This document shows, one piece after another, positions 1 through 6,395 of a stretch of DNA of 39,243 nucleotides. The number at the start of each line of letters is the position of its first letter. Positions within the stretch are counted from its first letter, which is position 1. The position numbers and the translations under genes were made by a program. Source of the DNA: Eubacteriales bacterium (lineage in GTDB: Bacteria; Bacillota; Clostridia; Oscillospirales; CAG-272); NCBI GenBank assembly GCA_045655025.1, contig JAZOOM010000235.1, forward strand, positions 1 through 39,243. Direction: 5' to 3'. A model generated the notes under the pieces. That model saw nothing but the letters and a program-made list of their open reading frames with translations. It was not told where the DNA came from and searched no databases.

Positions 1-1
1 G

Positions 2-1342
2 TACGAGGATCAACTGGAAAGCCAAAAGGAAGCCGAATCCCTTGATGCCATCCCCGAGACCAACGGCAACATCACGGGTAATAGCGCCCCCGATTATCAG
101 ACCCCCATCATCCTCAAAACCGGTGATACGCCCTTCTACGAGGGGAAAACCGTGGAAGAGCTGAAGGCCGTATTCCGCAGTTCCTCTACGAGGAGCGATC
201 CAACCGTGACCCCCACGGGGCGAATGTACCGCACGTACGACGAAAATATGTGGTACTACAACAAGCTCACGGGGAATTTCAGCGCGTGGTGCGCCGACCC
301 CCTCTGCAACGTGGTCGAAAACGAGAACTGTATCTGGTATGATTTCCTGTGGATCCTGTATATCAGCGACGAATACATCTACTTTCAAGCCACGGATCAC
401 CGAACCAACGACACCAAGGTGTACCGCTGCGACCACCAGAGGAACAACATTGAGGAGGTCATCGACATCGGGGAATACTACGAGCAACTGTACAAGCCCG
501 ACGGAACCTCCGGCGGGACCAGCGGAACCTACGACGATGTGGAAATACTCTCCGAGCAGGACGGTACCCTGTACTATTTTACCACGCGGATACTGACGAA
601 CGGCGACAGCGCCGGCTCTCTCTACGCCATGGATATCAAAACCAAGGAGGCTACCCTTCTGTCGGGAGAGCGGGATATCGATCTGGTGCAAATGGTGGGG
701 GACACCGTGTACTATACTCAGTCTCCCATGACCTATACCTGGTACAAGACCGACCTGTCCTTTGCTGACTCCACCCTCATGTGGGAAAACGTGAGCATTA
801 CCCAGAAAAATGACAGGTATTTCATTATTGGCAGATGGAAGGACGGATTCCTCGACACGTCCTTTTCCTATAATCTGCAAACGGGTGAGAGCCATGAGCT
901 GAGCCGAGGGGGCGGCTGTCTGTCGGGGAACTATCTCTACTATACACGAAAGCTCACCGACGAGGAGGTGGAAGGTGACCCCCACAAGGAATACTATACC
1001 TACACCTGGGAGGAGGAAAGCCCCCGCCCCGGCGGGAAGCCCATCACCAAAGAGAGCGACACCCGCGGCGCGGGAAAGATCTACCGCGTCTACGTGGGTG
1101 CCGACTACGCCCCCGAGGAATGCGTGTGCCAGCTTACCTACAAGGGAGTACCCGTCCGCCTGAAGAATATCGAGGCCGACGGCGAGGTGATCTATATCTC
1201 CTTCAACAACTATGAGGGATTTACCAATTTCTATAACCCCGACATTGACGACGGGGACGGGTACACCGCCCTCTGCTACGGCGCTGTGGATCTGCAAAAC
1301 GGAAGCGTGACCATATTGGAGCTGCCCGAAAATATGGAATAA
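2..1342 (+). CDS. Cell-surface propeller-like lipoprotein, subfamily A (paralog A1); 5' end outside window
   Basis: Frame 2 is open from base 2 to TAA at 1340-1342, so the track start at 152 is an internal GTG. Bases 2-150 translate to YEDQLESQKEAESLDAIPETNGNITGNSAPDY, colinear with the region just after the lipobox of paralog A3 (11596..12987). Family motifs: YYNKLTGNFSAWCADPLC...CIW, YRCDHQRNN, DPHKEYYTYTW, GKIYRVY, FNNYEGFTNFYNPD. About six [ILV]Y[YF]...Yxx(D) repeats. Confidence 0.9.
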   Translation, partial: YEDQLESQKEAESLDAIPETNGNITGNSAPDYQTPIILKTGDTPFYEGKTVEELKAVFRSSSTRSDPTVTPTGRMYRTYDENMWYYNKLTGNFSAWCADPLCNVVENENCIWYDFLWILYISDEYIYFQATDHRTNDTKVYRCDHQRNNIEEVIDIGEYYEQLYKPDGTSGGTSGTYDDVEILSEQDGTLYYFTTRILTNGDSAGSLYAMDIKTKEATLLSGERDIDLVQMVGDTVYYTQSPMTYTWYKTDLSFADSTLMWENVSITQKNDRYFIIGRWKDGFLDTSFSYNLQTGESHELSRGGGCLSGNYLYYTRKLTDEEVEGDPHKEYYTYTWEEESPRPGGKPITKESDTRGAGKIYRVYVGADYAPEECVCQLTYKGVPVRLKNIEADGEVIYISFNNYEGFTNFYNPDIDDGDGYTALCYGAVDLQNGSVTILELPENME

Positions 1343-1346
1343 TTGT

Positions 1347-1375
1347 AAAAACAGTCGCTTTTGGCGGCTGTTTTT
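1347..1375 (+). terminator. Rho-independent terminator after A1
   Basis: A-tract, then stem ACAGTCGC / GCGGCTGT (one G-U pair) with a 5-nt loop, followed by TTTTT. It starts 5 nt after the stop codon. The same hairpin sequence recurs at 2956..2986. Confidence 0.75.
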
Positions 1376-1386
1376 CACGCCCGCGC

Positions 1387-1466
1387 AAAAATCGTGCCAC
1401 TCGGATATTTCGCGAAATCGGATTGTATGGTACAATAGGGCTGTACGATCCGTTTTTTTCGTACAG
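1387..1466 (+). promoter_or_regulatory. Conserved promoter cassette (palindromic operator candidate + extended -10 + leader hairpin) for A2
   Basis: 1387..1452 is base-for-base identical to 11500..11565 (66 bp). It contains a perfect palindrome ATTTCGCGAAAT (1407..1418) over the -35 position and an extended -10 TGgTACAAT (1428..1436). A leader hairpin CTGTACG/CGTACAG follows (1441..1447 / 1460..1466), then an AAAGGAAA RBS before ATG 1481. Confidence 0.6.
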
Positions 1467-1480
1467 AAAGGAAAGCGATT

Positions 1481-2932
1481 ATGAAAAAGGCCTTATTGCT
1501 TATATTGACAGCCATGCTGCTGTCCTCGTTTGCTTCATGCTCGTCCTGTTCCCGCAGGGATCAGTATGAGGACCAATTGGAAAGCCAAAAGGAAGCCGAA
1601 TCGGGGGCGCTGATCCCGCAGCCGGGAGCCGATGGCGTGGCGAATATCATTGGAACAAACGCGAGTGATTACGCGCTTGCCGTCATCAAAAAGACCTCCG
1701 ACAAGGGGTATTTTGCGGGAAATACCGAGGCACAGCTCATTGAAAAATATCAAGAAAACGCCTATCAGTTTGCGGGTAACCGCTATCTGCCCACGGGACG
1801 GGTGATTGGAGCCGGAAACGGACAGAATTACTTTTATAATAAGCTGACGGGAAACATCAGTGAGTGGTGTCCCGATCCGCTGTGTGAGCATGGAGAGGAA
1901 TGCATCTGGAATCACGGATGGACGGCAGACCCTATGCTGTATGTGGGAGAAAGTCACATCTATTTCCTGTCGACCTACAACGATTTCACTCTTCGCCTCT
2001 ACCGATGCGATTTTCAGCGTAACAACGTGGAGATGATTTTAGATAACGCCTTGGATATCTACAACATCTGGTACGAGAAGGACAACGTTTTGTACTACGA
2101 GCAGTTCGTATATGCCTCGGAGGGCGCGGCCGCCGTCAATACTCTGATGGCATTGGATATGCAAACGGGAGAGACAAAAGCCGTTTCCGATCCCAAGAAG
2201 GATATGTTCATTCAAGCCATCATACGGGATGCCGTTTATTTCAGCTACGAGTCTGATCCCAAGACTGTTTATAAAACTGATCTTTCCTTCTCGAATCCGC
2301 AAAAACTCTGGGAAAACGCGGGCTTTGAATCCTACAACGACAAGTACATTCTCACAAGGGGCAACAAGGACGAAAATGGGAAATACGCCTTTTCCGTCTG
2401 CCACATCGACAGCGGGAAAATCTATAGTCTGGGAAGTCTGACCGGAAGCCCTGTGCTTTCGGGAGATTACGTATACTACACTGAGGAGCTGAGTGATGAG
2501 GAGATTGCCGATGATCCTCACAAGGACTACTATACTTGGACGTGGGATAATGAGGATGTCTTTATCGATCAAGGAGGAGGATATGGAATCATTGAAAAAG
2601 GAGAAAAGGGATTAACAGCCCGAACACGCCCCGCCGGTCGTATTTTCCGTATGAAAACAGACGGCACCGAAAAGGAGTGTGTGCTACAGCTCACCTACAA
2701 GGGCGTTCCTGTCCGTATTGATTCCTGGAGCGTGGACGGCGAGTGTATCTGGTTTACCTACAACCATTATGATGAATTCAAAAACTATTACAACCAAGAC
2801 TACGGTTCCGACAAGCAAACACAGATCAAGCCCTCGGATGCGGAGCCGCGTCATTTGGCTATGGCCGATCTGCAGAGCGGTATTCTGCGGGTCATAGAGC
2901 TTGAGGAAGAGAGCTGTGAGGGACTGTGGTAG
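1481..2932 (+). CDS. Cell-surface propeller-like lipoprotein, subfamily A (A2)
   Basis: ATG with an upstream GGA-rich RBS. Signal peptide + lipobox (LLSSFASC). Motifs FYNKLTGNISEWCPDPLCEHGEECIW, YRCDFQRNN, DPHKDYYTWTW, GRIFRMKTDG, QLTYKGVPVR, YNHYDEFKNYYNQD. Confidence 0.9.
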   Translation: MKKALLLILTAMLLSSFASCSSCSRRDQYEDQLESQKEAESGALIPQPGADGVANIIGTNASDYALAVIKKTSDKGYFAGNTEAQLIEKYQENAYQFAGNRYLPTGRVIGAGNGQNYFYNKLTGNISEWCPDPLCEHGEECIWNHGWTADPMLYVGESHIYFLSTYNDFTLRLYRCDFQRNNVEMILDNALDIYNIWYEKDNVLYYEQFVYASEGAAAVNTLMALDMQTGETKAVSDPKKDMFIQAIIRDAVYFSYESDPKTVYKTDLSFSNPQKLWENAGFESYNDKYILTRGNKDENGKYAFSVCHIDSGKIYSLGSLTGSPVLSGDYVYYTEELSDEEIADDPHKDYYTWTWDNEDVFIDQGGGYGIIEKGEKGLTARTRPAGRIFRMKTDGTEKECVLQLTYKGVPVRIDSWSVDGECIWFTYNHYDEFKNYYNQDYGSDKQTQIKPSDAEPRHLAMADLQSGILRVIELEEESCEGLW

Positions 2933-2955
2933 GTCGCTCATTCGTAACAGTAAAG

Positions 2956-2986
2956 GAACAGTCGCTTTTTGCGGCTGTTCTTTTTT
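2956..2986 (+). terminator. Rho-independent terminator after A2
   Basis: 10-bp stem GAACAGTCGC / GCGGCTGTTC (one G-U), 5-nt loop TTTTT, followed by TTTTTT. Confidence 0.8.
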
Positions 2987-2993
2987 GCGCATC

Positions 2994-3042
2994 AAAATCG
3001 TGCCGATGGGGTATTTTATCACCCCGAGGATTATGCTACAAT
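2994..3042 (+). promoter_or_regulatory. Degenerate copy of the cassette promoter, upstream of sigma factor 1
   Basis: AAAATCGTGCC is conserved with the cassettes at 1387 and 11500. The ATTTCGCGAAAT palindrome is replaced by GGGGT-N8-ACCCC. Extended -10 TGcTACAAT at 3034..3042. Confidence 0.5.
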
Positions 3043-3156
3043 AAAGCCAAACCTAAAAAGGCGGAGAATTTTTGCGACCTTCCTAAAAAGTTCCACACTT
3101 TCTTCGTCATAATAAGTAGAGGGGTCTTTACACTACGCAAGGGAAGGAGCATAGCC

Positions 3157-3735
3157 ATGGCCGAGCATATCATCACCGACGATGACATTATAGCCCTACT
3201 GTTCGCCCGCCGCGAGGACGGTCTGGAACAGGTAGCCAAGCGGTACGGCAGGGACTGTCACCGCATCGCCCGCAATGTTTTGGGGAGTGAGCAGGACGCG
3301 GAGGAATGTGTCAACGATATGTACATGAAGGTTTGGGATTCTATTCCACCCGCCCGTCCAAAATCCCTGCGCTCCTTCGTCTTGACCTTGACACGAAACT
3401 TAGCCATTGATAAGCTCCGCGTCAACCGTGCGGGGCGGCGCATACCCGCTGATATTTGCATCCCTCTCTCCGAGCTGGAGGAGCATCTGGAGGGCATCGC
3501 CGTCAGCGACGAACGCATGACCGAGGATCTGCGCCGTATCATCAACGAATTTTTGGATTCACTATCCAAAAAGGACGCCGCCCTGTTCGTTCGTCGTTAC
3601 TGGTATCTGGACTCGGTGCGCCGTTTGTCCGAGATCAGCGGTTACAGCGAAAACAACGTCTACCAACGCCTGTTCGTCATGCGGCAAAAGCTTCGTGACA
3701 GACTGATTAAGGAGGGTTACGAATATGAAGTATAA
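3157..3735 (+). CDS. ECF-sized sigma-70 family RNA polymerase sigma factor (sigma 1)
   Basis: The track start at 2926 would read through the terminator and promoter. ATG 3157 has the RBS GGGAAGGAG (3141..3149). 192 aa. Region 2-like DAEECVNDMYMKVWDSIPPARP...RNLAIDKLR and region 4 HTH-like RRLSEISGYSENNVYQRLFVMRQKLR. Paralog of 35571..36137. Confidence 0.85.
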   Translation: MAEHIITDDDIIALLFARREDGLEQVAKRYGRDCHRIARNVLGSEQDAEECVNDMYMKVWDSIPPARPKSLRSFVLTLTRNLAIDKLRVNRAGRRIPADICIPLSELEEHLEGIAVSDERMTEDLRRIINEFLDSLSKKDAALFVRRYWYLDSVRRLSEISGYSENNVYQRLFVMRQKLRDRLIKEGYEYEV

Positions 3736-5041
3736 AAAATCCGTAAAGCTGACGAGCCTGATAAACGATGAATACATCCTGTTGGGCGCTGAGGCCGAGG
3801 GGCTGTTCCGCCGTCGTGAGCGTGGCGTGTGGATCAAGCGCGCCTTGGTCATCGCCGCCTGCCTGTCTCTGCTGACCGTTGGCGTGGCGGCGATCCTGCT
3901 TCCGGCCTTGCGGAGGGATGAACCTCCCCAGATCGAAACCGAGACTGCGGAGGAAGAAGATCCGTCTGTGTTCTACCTCTCGGAAAAGAGCTACGTGACG
4001 GTGCAGTACCTCGTCGCGGGGAAGGAGCCGGACAGAGATGGCACCGAGACCGCAATCCCCGACAGCGATACCGTGCAGATCGACGAGGTGAACGCACGGA
4101 TCGGGCAACGCCTGATTTTGATTCACTTCATCTGCGCCGAGGGGGAGACGATTACCGTGACACCCACCGACCACTCCCGCTTGTTACCCGCCTACCGTTT
4201 CCTCTCCTCGGACGGGTACGTGCGGTGGAAGGTATGGAACGAGGCGCATCAGGCGTATGACCACGCCGAGGCCTATTGCTCGGATTGGGGAGGCAAGCCC
4301 TTGGAGGATATCGGGCAGAGCGTGACACTCACCGAGGACACCACCCTTCTGTGGCAGTACGAGATACGGGAGGCGAAGTATGAGAACAGTCCTACCCTCA
4401 TCCTTCCCTGCATCGAGGATAATTTCGTAGATTTCAAAGTAACGGATGCCCAAGGCAACATCACGGGCGGAGGAAGTATCTATATTGGTGGGCTGGATAT
4501 CGCCGCTATGACCGAAGATCATACCTATTATCGTAATGATTGGGTGGTTTATAATTCTATCTACCGTCCGCTTGTACTGGGTTCTTATCAGTATGGTTCT
4601 GATAATGGCAGTCCTGTCACCGAGGCATTCCATGATGAAACACTGGAGAGCCTCCATGCCCAGGCCCGAGAAAAACGAGACGAGACATTTGAGGATCTGT
4701 CCCCCGACAGCCCCCTGTTCTCCATGCGGAAGTTCGACCCCGACCACCACGAGACCTTCAGCAAGCATGATGAAAACGGCTATTCATGGAATATGAGTAA
4801 CTGGATCCATCACAGTCAAACCATGCCTTATGATCTGATTCTATTGGAATCCTCTAACTCGGAGCGTCGCTTCCTGCTCTACGATTTCGGCTATAACGAG
4901 ATTGCTGAAACCACCATTGAGATAGACAACGGGTTTGGCCGTATGGTCAAGGGCTGCTATGTCATGGTAGATGGCACTCACGTCTATGTGGACGAATCCA
5001 CCCCCGAGGGCTTTGTGATCGTACCGCCCACGGAGCAATAA
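3725..5041 (+). CDS. Putative membrane-anchored anti-sigma factor (anti-sigma 1), unrecognised extracytoplasmic domain
   Basis: ATG overlaps the sigma gene by 11 nt, with AAGGAGG about 10 nt upstream. Short cytoplasmic N-terminus, one TM (ALVIAACLSLLTVGVAAILLP), then about 375 aa outside. No zf-HC2 motif, so the anti-sigma role is inferred from position and topology only. Confidence 0.6.
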   Translation: MKYKKSVKLTSLINDEYILLGAEAEGLFRRRERGVWIKRALVIAACLSLLTVGVAAILLPALRRDEPPQIETETAEEEDPSVFYLSEKSYVTVQYLVAGKEPDRDGTETAIPDSDTVQIDEVNARIGQRLILIHFICAEGETITVTPTDHSRLLPAYRFLSSDGYVRWKVWNEAHQAYDHAEAYCSDWGGKPLEDIGQSVTLTEDTTLLWQYEIREAKYENSPTLILPCIEDNFVDFKVTDAQGNITGGGSIYIGGLDIAAMTEDHTYYRNDWVVYNSIYRPLVLGSYQYGSDNGSPVTEAFHDETLESLHAQAREKRDETFEDLSPDSPLFSMRKFDPDHHETFSKHDENGYSWNMSNWIHHSQTMPYDLILLESSNSERRFLLYDFGYNEIAETTIEIDNGFGRMVKGCYVMVDGTHVYVDESTPEGFVIVPPTEQ

Positions 5042-5060
5042 ACAGCAAAGGAGAAGAATC

Positions 5061-6386
5061 ATGTCAAAACGTAAACTTATCCCCATCGCTATCACCCTTG
5101 CCGCTCTGCTGGCGGTGGCTTTGTTTGCCGTCTCGCTGGCCTCCCGCCGCGCCCATGTCATCGGTAACGAGACCTATACCGAGGCTCCAAGTGAAACCCT
5201 ATCCCCTGACGAGCAATATCCTGCGGAGATAGATTGGATCGCCCTGTTTGAGGAATACGGAAATCTACGAAGTGAATCGGGTGCTACCAATAGTAACACG
5301 CCGTTCTTTTACTACTGGGAAAGTAATCAGTACAGCGAAACGCCCATTTTCAGCAAGACTGCGCGAACGCTGGATATACTCTGCAAGGAAGCCTTCTGCA
5401 CCCACGAGACCTGCATATTCAGCGACGCCGATGAGTGGTTTCTGTGTGGAGTCGCGTATTTGAACGGCCGCATCTATTTCCTTCAAGATCAAATTACCGA
5501 CCTGCAAGCCCGTCGCCTGTGCTCCACAGACCTCCACCTGAACGACCCGAGGATCGAGTGGGAGCAGTCTAAGGGGCTGGAATCCATGCAGGCGGACGGG
5601 GAACGGCTGTATTTCGAGGAAACGGTCTATGATGAAAACGGAACGCCGATCTACAACACGGTATCCTGGTATGACCCCGCGAGCCGGGAATCCGGTTTTG
5701 TTTCCGAAACACTTCACGTCAAGAATTATATCGTCAGAAACGACCGGGTGTATGTGTTGCAAGGCCGCAACAAGGTCGTATGCTGCCGGGTGGATGATCT
5801 GACGATCAGCACCCTGCTCGAACTGGAATTGAAGGATACCCAACAGATCATTTTGGAATATGTGGATGACCAATATCTGGTGTATACCGTCATGTTCGGC
5901 TACCAAATCGGCGAGCCCCAAAGATGTCAGCTGGACACGGGAGAGGTATCCTCCTACTATGATATGCTTCCGCAGGGGTACACCTATCTGCTCGGCGAAA
6001 ATTTCGGAGATCAGGCCTTTCTGTGCATCGACCACAGCGGAGAAGCGTATGCGGAGGATCCCTACCACGATTTTTACACGGATATGTACACGGCAGAAAT
6101 CACGTCGAATAAGTCTTTGATGGCGGGGCGTATCTATACGCTTACGAACGAGGGTACACTCCGTGAGCTTGTACAGCTCACGACCGACGGGATTCCCGAC
6201 TTGATCTGGGGTATTGTGGACTACGACGGCCGCTATCTGTACGTAGACTATCAGACCTACAAGGATTACAGAAACGAGTACAATCCCGAGGGAGATCGCC
6301 GTAATTCGGATTGGCATTTGGCGGTCATTGATACCCAGACAGGGCAGGTCGTAAAGCCCTGCGAAACCGAAACGACTCAAGAATAA
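5061..6386 (+). CDS. Membrane-tethered or secreted propeller-like protein, subfamily B (B1)
   Basis: RBS AAAGGAG. N-terminal hydrophobic anchor without a lipobox Cys (LFAVSLASRRAH). Motifs LCKEAFCTHETCIF, DPYHDFYTDMY, GRIYTLTNEG, QLTTDGIPD, YQTYKDYRNEYNP. Confidence 0.88.
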   Translation: MSKRKLIPIAITLAALLAVALFAVSLASRRAHVIGNETYTEAPSETLSPDEQYPAEIDWIALFEEYGNLRSESGATNSNTPFFYYWESNQYSETPIFSKTARTLDILCKEAFCTHETCIFSDADEWFLCGVAYLNGRIYFLQDQITDLQARRLCSTDLHLNDPRIEWEQSKGLESMQADGERLYFEETVYDENGTPIYNTVSWYDPASRESGFVSETLHVKNYIVRNDRVYVLQGRNKVVCCRVDDLTISTLLELELKDTQQIILEYVDDQYLVYTVMFGYQIGEPQRCQLDTGEVSSYYDMLPQGYTYLLGENFGDQAFLCIDHSGEAYAEDPYHDFYTDMYTAEITSNKSLMAGRIYTLTNEGTLRELVQLTTDGIPDLIWGIVDYDGRYLYVDYQTYKDYRNEYNPEGDRRNSDWHLAVIDTQTGQVVKPCETETTQE

Positions 6387-6395
6387 GGTGAAACC

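Noticed and set aside
3080-3110. Possible shared ECF-type promoter motif upstream of both sigma genes: TTCC..GTTCC..CTTT at 3080..3101 and 35507..35529.
   Set aside because: The spacings differ (6 vs 8 nt and 3 vs 2 nt) and there is no clear AAC-N16/17-CGT arrangement. It cannot be distinguished from chance with two examples.
2926-3156. N-terminal extensions given by the ORF track at 2926, 11536, 17760 (minus strand), 19347, 26404, 27873, 29257, 32279, 36008 and 152.
   Set aside because: The extensions run through terminators or promoters, or overlap the preceding gene. In each case an internal ATG with a good RBS begins a signal peptide or a conserved N-terminus shared with paralogs. For 152 the frame is open to the window edge instead.
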